Source: Patescibacteria group bacterium (GTDB lineage Bacteria; Patescibacteriota; Minisyncoccia; UBA6257; Colwellbacteraceae). From it: a stretch of 60,525 bases of DNA. The first letter of the stretch is position 1, and every line of letters begins with the position of its first letter. The translations under genes and the position numbers were made by a program. The stretch is from contig JAKJEF010000002.1 of the NCBI GenBank assembly GCA_022705565.1, positions 1 to 60,525 of the forward strand, read 5' to 3'. Shown in pieces: positions 51,496 through 60,479 of this stretch. The notes under the pieces are model-generated. The model was given only the letters and a program-made list of their open reading frames with translations. It did not search any database and was not told the origin of the DNA.

Positions 51496-51503
51496 AAGTC
51501 AAA

Positions 51504-52310
51504 GTGATTCCGAAACTATTGCAAAATATTCCCGATCCTCCGGCCGAATTGTTCGTGAAAGGAAGTCTTTCCGACGATTTCAAAATCGCCGTTGTCGGCA
51601 CGAGAAAATCGACTTCCGAAGGTCGGCTGATCGCGAGGACCATCGCCGCCGAACTGGCGAAAGCGAAGATCACGATTGTGAGCGGCCTTGCCTTGGGCAT
51701 CGACACGGCGAGCCACGAAGGCTGCCTCGAAGCCAAAGGCAAAACCATCGCCGTTTTGGGAACGGGCATCGACAACATCTACCCCAAAGAGAATAAACCA
51801 CTGGCGGAAAGGATTTTGGCAAAAGGCGGCGCCATCGTTTCCGAATATCCCGGAGACACTCCGGGATACAAAGAAAATTTCTTGAGAAGGAATCGGATCA
51901 TCAGCGGACTTTGCGAAGCCATTGTTGTCGTCGAAGCGCCGATAAGATCCGGCAGCATTTCGACGGCCAACTTTGCGGCTGAACAAGGCCGCGAGGTTTT
52001 CGTGATTCCCGGGCCGATAAATCACCCGAATTACGCGGGATCGCACAAACTGATCCGCGACGGAGCGAGGCTCGTCGCCTCGGCCAAAGACATTCTGGAA
52101 GACCTGGGTATCGAGGTTCTTGACCGCGCGGCGGATTTGGATGATTCGGAAAAAACGATCGTCGAAGCTGTCCGCGTTCGAGCCCTTCCGATTGACAAGA
52201 TCATGGAAATCACTAAACTTGAGCCGTCAAAGGCGCTCCCCGCGATTGCCGGACTCGTCCTCAAGAAAATAATCCGGGAATCGGACGAAGGCTATGTTTT
52301 GAATCAATGA
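51504..52310 (+). CDS. dprA: DNA-processing protein DprA (Smf), short form
   Basis: 268 aa with VVGTRKST..IVSGLALGIDTASHEG..RRNRIISGL, and a GTG start. Confidence 0.88.
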   Translation: MIPKLLQNIPDPPAELFVKGSLSDDFKIAVVGTRKSTSEGRLIARTIAAELAKAKITIVSGLALGIDTASHEGCLEAKGKTIAVLGTGIDNIYPKENKPLAERILAKGGAIVSEYPGDTPGYKENFLRRNRIISGLCEAIVVVEAPIRSGSISTANFAAEQGREVFVIPGPINHPNYAGSHKLIRDGARLVASAKDILEDLGIEVLDRAADLDDSEKTIVEAVRVRALPIDKIMEITKLEPSKALPAIAGLVLKKIIRESDEGYVLNQ

Positions 52311-52342
52311 GCGCCTATGGCTTACAATAATAAAATACTCCA

Positions 52343-54322
52343 ATGAATCTGGTAATAGTCGAATCGCCGACCAAGGCGAAAACCATCGGAAAATTCTTGG
52401 GCTCCAAATACAAAGTGGAGTCTTCTTTCGGCCATATCCGCGATCTGCCCAAAAGCAAACTCGGCATCGATCTTGAACGCGATTTCGAACCGCAATACGT
52501 CATTCCGACAAAGAATCGGAAGCGCGTCAACGAATTGAAAAAACTCTCCGGTAAAACCGAGGCCGTCATTCTCGCGACCGATGAAGACCGCGAAGGAGAA
52601 GCCATCGCTTGGCATCTGGCGACCGCGCTCGGCCTTGACCCGCAAAAGACAGAAAGGATAGTTTTCCACGAAATCACCGATGAAGCCATCAAAGAGGCGC
52701 TCAAGCAGCCACGCATCATCGACATGAATTTAGTTAACAGCCAGCAGGCCAGGCGCGTCCTCGACCGACTGGTCGGCTACAAGCTTTCGCCGTTTCTCTG
52801 GAAAAAAGTGATGAGTCATCTTTCCGCCGGCCGGGTGCAATCGGTGGCCGTCCGACTGATCGCCGAACGGGAAAAAGAAATAAGGGCTTTCAAGTCCGAA
52901 GCCTATTATACGATCGAAGCGCTTTTTGAAGGCAATCCGAATTTTTCCGCGAACCTCGTCAGGGTGAACAACGAACCGATACCAACGCCCGGGATAAAAG
53001 ACAAGGCCGAATCCGAAAAAATCGTTTCCGACCTTGAAAAGTCCGATTTCCGCGTGGAAAAAATCGAGGAGAAAACCCTGAAGCGTTCTCCGCTTCCGCC
53101 TTTCACCACGAGCACTCTTCAGCAGGAAGCCTCGAAAAGGATGCGGCTTTCGGCCAAACAAACAATGATGATCGCCCAATCCCTTTACGAAAACGGCCAT
53201 ATCACCTATATGCGAACCGATTCGGTGAATCTCTCCAAGGATTCGGTGACGGCGGCCGCCGCTTGGCTCCGCGCCAATTTGGGCGAAAAATACGCCGAAA
53301 GTTCACCGCGGTTTTTCAAAACCAAATCAAGAATGGCCCAGGAAGCCCACGAAGCCGTGAGGCCGACCAATCCCCTGCTTACACCCGACCAGATCAAAGT
53401 CGAGGGCCGCGAACAAAAACTCTACGAATTGATTTGGAGAAGATTCATCGCTTCCCAGATGCCGGCGGCCGTCTGGAACCAGGGCCGGATCGATATCGAA
53501 GCCAAATCGAAAAACGATTCTTATCTTCTCGCTTCTAACGGCAGTGTTTTGAAATTCGACGGCTATCTTAAAATCTGGCCGAGCCAGTTCACCGAAAAAG
53601 AATTGCCGAAGGTAAAAGAAAACGAAAAGCTCGACCTCATCGAAGCCAAATCCGCGGAGCATTTCACCGAACCGCCGCCGAGATACAACGAAGCGAGTCT
53701 GATCAAAACTCTGGAGGAAGCGGGTATTGGCCGGCCGTCGACCTACGCGCCGATCATCTCGGTCATCCAGGGAAGGAACTACGTGACGAAGAACCCCGAC
53801 CGCCGATTCGAGCCGACGGAAATCGGCGAATTGGTTAACTCCGTGCTCACGGAGCATTTCCCCCAGATCGTCGACATCGATTTCACCGCCAAAATGGAAA
53901 ATGACCTCGACGAAATCGCCGAGGGAAAAATCGAATGGCAGAAAGTGGTCAAGAATTTTTACGATCCTTTTGCGAAAACCCTCGAGGAAAAATACGAATC
54001 CGTGGAAAAACAAAAGCCCGTGGAAACGACCGACGAGGTTTGCGAAAAATGCGGCAAACCCATGGTCGTCAAATACGGCCGCTTCGGAAAATTCCTCGCC
54101 TGTTCCGGATATCCCGAATGCAAAACCACCAAAAAAATCCCCGGATCAGATTCGGTCAAAACCAAAGAAGGATTGGAGATTAAATGTCCCGAATGCAAAG
54201 AAGGCCAGGTCATCCGGCGCCGCACCAAAAAAGGCAGGTTCTTCTACGGCTGCAGCCGGTATCCGGAATGCAAATTCGCCTCTTGGACCAAGCCGAAGTC
54301 AGCGGAAGACGAGAATCAGTAA
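52343..54322 (+). CDS. topA: DNA topoisomerase I
   Basis: 659 aa with the Toprim start LVIVESPTKAKTIGKFLG and C-terminal Cys4 fingers (CEKCGKPM..CSGYPEC; CPECKEG..CSRYPEC). Confidence 0.95.
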   Translation: MNLVIVESPTKAKTIGKFLGSKYKVESSFGHIRDLPKSKLGIDLERDFEPQYVIPTKNRKRVNELKKLSGKTEAVILATDEDREGEAIAWHLATALGLDPQKTERIVFHEITDEAIKEALKQPRIIDMNLVNSQQARRVLDRLVGYKLSPFLWKKVMSHLSAGRVQSVAVRLIAEREKEIRAFKSEAYYTIEALFEGNPNFSANLVRVNNEPIPTPGIKDKAESEKIVSDLEKSDFRVEKIEEKTLKRSPLPPFTTSTLQQEASKRMRLSAKQTMMIAQSLYENGHITYMRTDSVNLSKDSVTAAAAWLRANLGEKYAESSPRFFKTKSRMAQEAHEAVRPTNPLLTPDQIKVEGREQKLYELIWRRFIASQMPAAVWNQGRIDIEAKSKNDSYLLASNGSVLKFDGYLKIWPSQFTEKELPKVKENEKLDLIEAKSAEHFTEPPPRYNEASLIKTLEEAGIGRPSTYAPIISVIQGRNYVTKNPDRRFEPTEIGELVNSVLTEHFPQIVDIDFTAKMENDLDEIAEGKIEWQKVVKNFYDPFAKTLEEKYESVEKQKPVETTDEVCEKCGKPMVVKYGRFGKFLACSGYPECKTTKKIPGSDSVKTKEGLEIKCPECKEGQVIRRRTKKGRFFYGCSRYPECKFASWTKPKSAEDENQ

Positions 54323-54327
54323 ACAAA

Positions 54328-55827
54328 TTACCGGCTGCAGCGGAATCCAACAGTGTGGCTCGCAGATTCAGCCGTGCCCCAAACTAAGGATAAGCTGAAG
54401 GCCCCCGCGTCCGTGCTAGTGCTCCAATAGCCGCCGCGCAGGAAGACGGTGGTTCCCATGCTAGTACCGTTTTTGTAAGTGTAAACGCGGCCCATACCGT
54501 GGTTAGCGTACCAGGTATTATTCGGTGGCGCGACTTTTTCTTTTACCACCGCTGACGACCAGGCGGAAATATAAGGGCTGGCTGTCACAAAATCACAATA
54601 GCCTATGGCCGCTGCTCCGTCCGAACAAGCTGGTAATGTCATGGCGGTCATGAGATCTCCCGCATTGTTTTCGCTTCTCTGAACATGTTCATGTACGTTA
54701 CCGGCTAGATCGTAGATAACCGAACTGTTCGACAGAGTAAGAGTTCTAAGATGAGTGAAGTCATTGTAACCGGTACCGTACAAACTTGATCCGTCCTGGG
54801 CCGCCAAAGCATTGGAATTGCCGCGGGGTAGATAATCCGAGCCGACCGAGTTGTCCGACCAATTCGAATCGACCAAAGAGGCGTCTGTTGCAATCGTCAT
54901 ATATTCGTCGTTGGTCAATAAGTGGGCGCCGATAGCCTCGCAATAAGCTTTGGCGTTATTGTGGCTGATATTGGCGATCGGATAACCACCCGAGGTAGAG
55001 GCGATGTAATAATTACCGGTACAGGGTTGAACGGTATTATTGTAAGTATGGGAGCCGGAATCCGGCGTGGTTAGAGGCGTGGTTCCGGCAACGCATTTGG
55101 CTTCGTATTTCATCACCCAGAATCCGGCGGTCCCAAAGTCCGAATTCCGGGGCACATAGACCCAGCCTTCGGGGAAGTTGCCGCCTGTAAGCTTAGTGGT
55201 CGGTCCGCCGACTGCGACAAAACCCTCCGACTCGGCTGCGTATTTATCCGATTCCGGATGAGCGGATAAGGTAAAGCCTTGGCCGTCGACCGTGTAGCTG
55301 TAATACGAGTTTCCAGAATTTACGGGATCAACAGGCAGAACACTCAAGGCGGTGGTGATTGCGGTAAAATCTAAAGGAATCCAGCCGTTCGAGTCTGCTT
55401 TGCGATAATTCTCCGAAGTGGCGCAGCGGTAAGAACCGTTTGGTAAAGATAAGTTCGCACAAGCGGCGCTCGAATCCGGGATGGAGATATATGAAACTCC
55501 GGGAGTTCCCATGGAGCTCCCGGAGTGTTCGATGAAATAAGCTTGGAGTCCGATCTTTAGAGCCCGGATATCGCTCGCTCTCGAAGCGTCTCTGGCTTGA
55601 GCCAAAAGTTCAGCCGGGTTAAGGATAACGACCGTGGCTGCGGTTAAGATTCCGAGAATTCCGATCACAAGCAATAGTTCGACGAGGGTAAACCCCGTAT
55701 GAATTCCGGTTAAAGGCTCTCTTTGGAGTCGAGACCGATTCCTAAACAATAAGAAAGATTCTTGGGTGATTTTAACCGGAACTTCCAATAGGGCAAAACC
55801 TCGTTTTCCAAAACGATCCAAAACCAT
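54328..55827 (-). CDS. Pilin-headed protein with an FGE-sulfatase (SUMF1/C-type-lectin-fold) C-terminal domain
   Basis: 499 aa. The prepilin motif HTG-FTLVELLLVIGILGIL follows a 45-aa leader. C-terminal motifs are AKAYCEAIGAHLLTNDEY, GNVHEHV and RGGYW..HTVGFRC. Confidence 0.7.
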   Translation of the reverse strand: MVLDRFGKRGFALLEVPVKITQESFLLFRNRSRLQREPLTGIHTGFTLVELLLVIGILGILTAATVVILNPAELLAQARDASRASDIRALKIGLQAYFIEHSGSSMGTPGVSYISIPDSSAACANLSLPNGSYRCATSENYRKADSNGWIPLDFTAITTALSVLPVDPVNSGNSYYSYTVDGQGFTLSAHPESDKYAAESEGFVAVGGPTTKLTGGNFPEGWVYVPRNSDFGTAGFWVMKYEAKCVAGTTPLTTPDSGSHTYNNTVQPCTGNYYIASTSGGYPIANISHNNAKAYCEAIGAHLLTNDEYMTIATDASLVDSNWSDNSVGSDYLPRGNSNALAAQDGSSLYGTGYNDFTHLRTLTLSNSSVIYDLAGNVHEHVQRSENNAGDLMTAMTLPACSDGAAAIGYCDFVTASPYISAWSSAVVKEKVAPPNNTWYANHGMGRVYTYKNGTSMGTTVFLRGGYWSTSTDAGAFSLSLVWGTAESASHTVGFRCSR

Positions 55828-55850
55828 TTATTCATAATAGACTATAAAAA

Positions 55851-55874
55851 ACACCCCGCAAAATATGGGGGTGT
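55851..55874 (-). terminator. Second of two tandem intrinsic terminators after the GGDEF gene
   Basis: On the minus strand: ACACCCC-loop-GGGGTGT followed by TTTTTT. Confidence 0.7.
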
Positions 55875-55877
55875 AAA

Positions 55878-55903
55878 AGCGCCGCGGCTTTCGCTGCGGC
55901 GCT
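55878..55903 (-). terminator. First of two tandem intrinsic terminators after the GGDEF gene
   Basis: On the minus strand: AGCGCCGC-loop-GCGGCGCT followed by TTTT. Confidence 0.7.
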
Positions 55904-55911
55904 TGTGTTGC

Positions 55912-56676
55912 TCAAAGAACTGATTTTCTGGCGGCTTTGGTTTTTTTCATTGCCTCGCCCGCCTTTTCTATTCCTGCGTCGATCGGCATTTCCGAATCGA
56001 CGAAGAAGATCCCGAGAGAGACGGGTAGACCTTTGGCCGCCGATTGAAGGCGGTGGAGAACTATCTCCGTCTCCTCTCTGGTTTGGTTCGGAAGTAGCAC
56101 GACGAATTCGTCTCCGCCGTAGCGGAAAACGAGATCGCTTTCGCGCAGCGTCTTTTTGAAGACGTCGGCGATTCTTTGGATCAAAGCGTCGCCGGCGGCG
56201 TATCCTTTGATATCGTTGGTCTTTTTGAGACCATCGATGTCTCCGAATATAACTCCCACCTCAAATGCCGTCTGGTGATGACGACGTTGGCGGCGTCGCA
56301 GCGACTCCAACCATTCTACTTCGGTTATCAGGAAGTGTCTGTTAAAGATGCCTGTCAAAGCGTCTTTACAGGCGGCGTCTTCGCAGACAAGAAGCAGACG
56401 ATAATAATCGTCCGGTCTTTTATCGCATCGGATGCCGATCAATCCCCCGCCCGGAGAGAACATAAAGGGCGGTATTTCGTACACCGCGTCTCCCTTACTC
56501 CCCGATGCGGACGTCCATCCACTAAAAATTTCTCGATACGAACGTCCGGAGAACTCACCGCAACTAATCCTGACCGCGGAGTCGTTCATAAAAACGACTC
56601 TGCCTCGATCATCGATGAGAATAACTCCTTCATCGAGACCGTCTAATAGAAGAGAAAGGCTTTCTCTTGCTAACAC
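55912..56676 (-). CDS. Diguanylate cyclase (PAS-like N-terminus plus GGDEF domain)
   Basis: 254 aa with RYGGDEFVVLL and FGDIDGLKKTND. A strong AAGGAGG lies 7 nt before the GTG start. Confidence 0.85.
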   Translation of the reverse strand: MLARESLSLLLDGLDEGVILIDDRGRVVFMNDSAVRISCGEFSGRSYREIFSGWTSASGSKGDAVYEIPPFMFSPGGGLIGIRCDKRPDDYYRLLLVCEDAACKDALTGIFNRHFLITEVEWLESLRRRQRRHHQTAFEVGVIFGDIDGLKKTNDIKGYAAGDALIQRIADVFKKTLRESDLVFRYGGDEFVVLLPNQTREETEIVLHRLQSAAKGLPVSLGIFFVDSEMPIDAGIEKAGEAMKKTKAARKSVL

Positions 56677-56823
56677 GTTTCTTCCTCCTTGATCGTATTT
56701 CCGGCACTCCTTTACCGGATTTTGTGAAGCTACTATATATTATTACAACATAAATTAGCTGATTTGTCAAAGACATTCGGAAAGAAATGGACAAATAAAG
56801 CTTTTGAAGTTTAATATAAGCCC

Positions 56824-58509
56824 ATGGAGCGGAAAAGAGATGTCAAAAAACAAGCTTTGGAAAACCGGGCCTCCCTTATTTCCCGGGCTTATTTTTTCGC
56901 GGAATCTTGCCATAAGAATCAGAAAAGAGCCTCCGGAGAGCTCTATGTCAACCACTGCTTGAAGACCGCCCAAAACCTCGCGGACTGGAATCTCGACGAG
57001 ACAACCGTTAGCGCCGGGCTTTTGCACGACGTTGTCGAAGACACCGGTTGCTCGCTCGAAGAGATCGACAAGAACTTCGGACCGCAAATCGCGAACCTGG
57101 TCGACGGCACGACCAAGCTCGGACGCATTAAATATCGCGGAGACGAGAAGCAAAAAGACAACATCAAAAAGCTGATTTTGGCCACCTCGAAAGACCTTCG
57201 GGTGATTTTCGTGAAACTCGCCGACAGGCTGCACAACATGCAAACCCTAAAATCCCTGCCTCCGGATAAACAAAAACGGATCAGTCTCGAAACCTACGAA
57301 ATATACTCTTCGCTCGCCTATAGGCTCGGCATGCAAAGACTCGCCGGCGAACTCGAGGATCTCGCTTTCCCCTATCTTTATCCGGAGGAATACAAATGGC
57401 TTATCTCCAATATGAAAACCCGCTACGCCGAACGGGAAAAATATCTGAAAAGAATAAAACCGGTTGTTATCAAAGAACTGACGCTCGCGAATATCAAACC
57501 TCTGAAAGTCGATTTCCGGGCCAAGCGGTATTCGAGCCTATACAAAAAACTCCTGCGGTACGACATGGACATCGATAAAATCTACGACTTGGTCGCTTTC
57601 CGCATCATTGTCGAAAACATCCAGGATTGCTACGCCGCTCTCGGCGTCATCCACAAGCTTTGGCCGCCTCTTCCCGGACGGATCAAAGACTACATCGCCA
57701 TGCCCAAACCGAACGGCTACCGTAGCCTGCACACCGTTGTCTTCTGCGTCGGGCAGAAAATAGTCGAGTTCCAAATCAGAACCATGGAAATGCACGAAGA
57801 GGCGGAAAACGGCGTGGCCGCCCACTGGGCTTACGAAGAATCGAAATCCTCGGGGAAAAAGAGAGTCTCCTTCGCCAAGAATCAGGATATTTCCTGGGTG
57901 GAGCGGCTTCGCGCCTGGCAAGAGGAAGAAGCCGATTCGCCGGATTTCATCGACGCCTTGAAAATGGATTTTTTCAAAGACCGCATTTTCGCCATCACCC
58001 CCAAAGGCCAGGTGGTCGATTTGCCGGCCGGAGCCACTCCGATCGATTTCGCCTACCAGATACACACCGATCTCGGAAACCAATGCGTCGGCGCCAAGGT
58101 GAACGGCAAGATAGTGCCCCTGAACCACGAACTCCGATCGAGCGACATCGTGGAGATTGTCGTCCACAAAGGGAAAAAGCCCTCGATTTCCTGGCTCGAA
58201 TTCGTCAAAACCTCGTCGGCCATAAGTCGCATCAAAAAAGCCCTCAAAGACAAAGGGCCGCTTTTCGAGCCGAAGCAGACGGAATTACACATCGTCGCCC
58301 AGGCTCGGCCGGACTTGATCAAAGACTTGTCGAACGTCGTAAGCCGCAACCATTTGAGCCTGGTTAATCTTTCGGCCAACCCGACCGGCAGCGGATTCCA
58401 AACGATCAAAATCAGATGCGATTCGTCCGACCGCCGGAAAATCTCTCAGCTCATCGTCAAAATCAAATCCCTCAAAGGGATTAAAGAGATCGATTATCGT
58501 TTTGTCTGA
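56824..58509 (+). CDS. Bifunctional RelA/SpoT-family (p)ppGpp synthetase/hydrolase
   Basis: 561 aa with an HD motif (LLHDVVEDT), a synthetase region (YRSLHTVV), and TGS and ACT-like C-terminal parts. Confidence 0.9.
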   Translation: MERKRDVKKQALENRASLISRAYFFAESCHKNQKRASGELYVNHCLKTAQNLADWNLDETTVSAGLLHDVVEDTGCSLEEIDKNFGPQIANLVDGTTKLGRIKYRGDEKQKDNIKKLILATSKDLRVIFVKLADRLHNMQTLKSLPPDKQKRISLETYEIYSSLAYRLGMQRLAGELEDLAFPYLYPEEYKWLISNMKTRYAEREKYLKRIKPVVIKELTLANIKPLKVDFRAKRYSSLYKKLLRYDMDIDKIYDLVAFRIIVENIQDCYAALGVIHKLWPPLPGRIKDYIAMPKPNGYRSLHTVVFCVGQKIVEFQIRTMEMHEEAENGVAAHWAYEESKSSGKKRVSFAKNQDISWVERLRAWQEEEADSPDFIDALKMDFFKDRIFAITPKGQVVDLPAGATPIDFAYQIHTDLGNQCVGAKVNGKIVPLNHELRSSDIVEIVVHKGKKPSISWLEFVKTSSAISRIKKALKDKGPLFEPKQTELHIVAQARPDLIKDLSNVVSRNHLSLVNLSANPTGSGFQTIKIRCDSSDRRKISQLIVKIKSLKGIKEIDYRFV

Positions 58510-59674
58510 CGAGTTTGTCGATCAAAGACGACAACTCTTCAGACGAATAAAAATTGATGGTGATTTTTCCTTTGTCGCCTTCGGCTCTGATATCCACCTT
58601 GGTTCCCAGGATCTCTTCGAGCCTGCTTTTGATGGCTTCGAGCGTCGGATCGATCGAGCGGATTTCGGTCCTTGGAACCGTTTCTCCCCGAATGCGCTGC
58701 TTCAGTGCGCGAACGCTCGGCTTGTCCGTTAAAATGGAATAGAAAATCTCCATCTGGCGCTTGATGTCGCCCACCTGAAGAAGCAGTCTCCCCTGGCTTT
58801 CGTTCAACTGTCCGGTTTCCAAAGCCGCTTGGATTTCCGAAGGCAAGTTCAAAAGCCTCATGGCGTTCGCCACGGTCTCGCGGCTCTTGCCCAAACGGCT
58901 GGCGATTTCCCGCTGGGTCATCCGGAATTCGTCCTGGAGCCTGGCGTAAGCCCGCGCTTCTTCGATCGGATTCAAATCTGAACGCTGGATGTTCTCGATA
59001 ACGGCCATTTCCAGTTTTTCGCGGCCGACGGAGACGTGTTTGACGATCGCCGGCACGGTCCGAAGCCCCACCATTTTGGCGGCCATCAACCGTCTTTCTC
59101 CGGCGATCAGCTCGTAATAAACTTCGGTGCCGCTTTCCGTTTCGTTGGAAACCTTGGAAACGATCAGTGGTTGAATGATTCCGAATTCCCTGATGGAGCT
59201 CGCGAGCTCTCTTAAAGATTCTTCGTCGAAATGCCTTCTCGGCTGTTCGGGATTCGGAACGATCTTCTCGACTTCGATTTGGAAAACCGCTTCGGATTTT
59301 TTGTCGGCCAAATCATCGTCGTAAACCGGAGTTTTTGTTTCTCGTAAAATCGGCGAGGTTTTGATTTCCGGAATCATCGCCTGGCTACTCATCGACGAGA
59401 CGGGTTCGGGATTATTCTCCGGCCGCGGAATCATTGGCTCCAAATTCTCGATCGGAACGGGAACCGGATTGGCCGCAGGCGTTTCCGGAACTATATTCGT
59501 CATGGGATTCGCGTCGGCGCTCGAAGCGAACGGATCGACGTGGCTGTTCGGATTCATAAAAGCCGGCGCCGGAGGCTGATTCCCCGGAAAAATCGGCGGA
59601 ACCGCGTTTCCGTTGTTTTCTTGTCCGTTTCCCGCTTTCGGCGGAATCAAAGATTCGAGTCCTTTACCCAACAT
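58481..59674 (-). CDS. parB: ParB/Spo0J partition protein with a Pro-rich N-terminal extension
   Basis: 397 aa with MLGKGLESLIP.. and the ParB box ELIAGERRLMAAKMVGL. Confidence 0.9.
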   Translation of the reverse strand: MLGKGLESLIPPKAGNGQENNGNAVPPIFPGNQPPAPAFMNPNSHVDPFASSADANPMTNIVPETPAANPVPVPIENLEPMIPRPENNPEPVSSMSSQAMIPEIKTSPILRETKTPVYDDDLADKKSEAVFQIEVEKIVPNPEQPRRHFDEESLRELASSIREFGIIQPLIVSKVSNETESGTEVYYELIAGERRLMAAKMVGLRTVPAIVKHVSVGREKLEMAVIENIQRSDLNPIEEARAYARLQDEFRMTQREIASRLGKSRETVANAMRLLNLPSEIQAALETGQLNESQGRLLLQVGDIKRQMEIFYSILTDKPSVRALKQRIRGETVPRTEIRSIDPTLEAIKSRLEEILGTKVDIRAEGDKGKITINFYSSEELSSLIDKLVRQNDNRSL

Positions 59675-59675
59675 T

Positions 59676-60479
59676 TCACATATTGTTTCCGGTTTGTTCT
59701 TTCGTTTCGGCCGTAATCGGATTTTCCTGCTGCATCACTTCCGAAGCGAGCCTGCGATAAGCCAAGGCTCCCTGGGAATACGGCGCGTAAAGCAGTATCG
59801 GCTTACCGAAGCTCGGCGCCTCGGCCAGGCTTACCGACCGCGGTATTTCCACCCCGAAAACATAATAAGGGAAATTCCGCCTGATGTTTTTAGCCACTTC
59901 CTGCGAAAGATGTTCCCACTTATCATACATGGTAATCAGGGCTCCTGCCACTTTGAGATCGTGATTCAAATTCGATCGTACGAGTTCGAGCGTCGAAAGA
60001 AGCTGGCTCAATCCTTCGAGTCCGTAATATTCCGCCTGGACCGGAATGATCACCTCGCCCGAAGCGAGCAATCCGTTCAGCATTAAGAGACTCAAGGTTG
60101 GCGGAAGATCGATCAAGATGTAATCGTAAGCGTTCCTTACCTTATCGATGAATTTTTTCAAAAAATATTCCCGCTCCGGCAAATTGACGAATTCCACCAG
60201 AGCGCCGGACAAATGACTGGCCGAAGGGATAAAGTGGCAATTCAGAATCATCGTCGGCCGGATGAGTTTTTGCGGTTCCGCTTCTCCGATAAGGCCCTGG
60301 TAAATGGTTCCGCCGTCATTCGAAGAATACCCCAAAGCCGAACTCGCGTTCGCCTGCGGATCGAAATCGATAAGCAAAACCTTGCGGCCGAAGGCGGCCA
60401 AATACGAACCGAGGTTGACGGCGGTCGTTGTCTTGCCGACACCTCCTTTTTGATTGGCTACTGCGATAACCGTTGGCAT
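59676..60479 (-). CDS. parA: ParA/Soj chromosome-partitioning ATPase
   Basis: 267 aa with the deviant Walker A NQKGGVGKTTTAVNLG. Confidence 0.93.
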   Translation of the reverse strand: MPTVIAVANQKGGVGKTTTAVNLGSYLAAFGRKVLLIDFDPQANASSALGYSSNDGGTIYQGLIGEAEPQKLIRPTMILNCHFIPSASHLSGALVEFVNLPEREYFLKKFIDKVRNAYDYILIDLPPTLSLLMLNGLLASGEVIIPVQAEYYGLEGLSQLLSTLELVRSNLNHDLKVAGALITMYDKWEHLSQEVAKNIRRNFPYYVFGVEIPRSVSLAEAPSFGKPILLYAPYSQGALAYRRLASEVMQQENPITAETKEQTGNNM

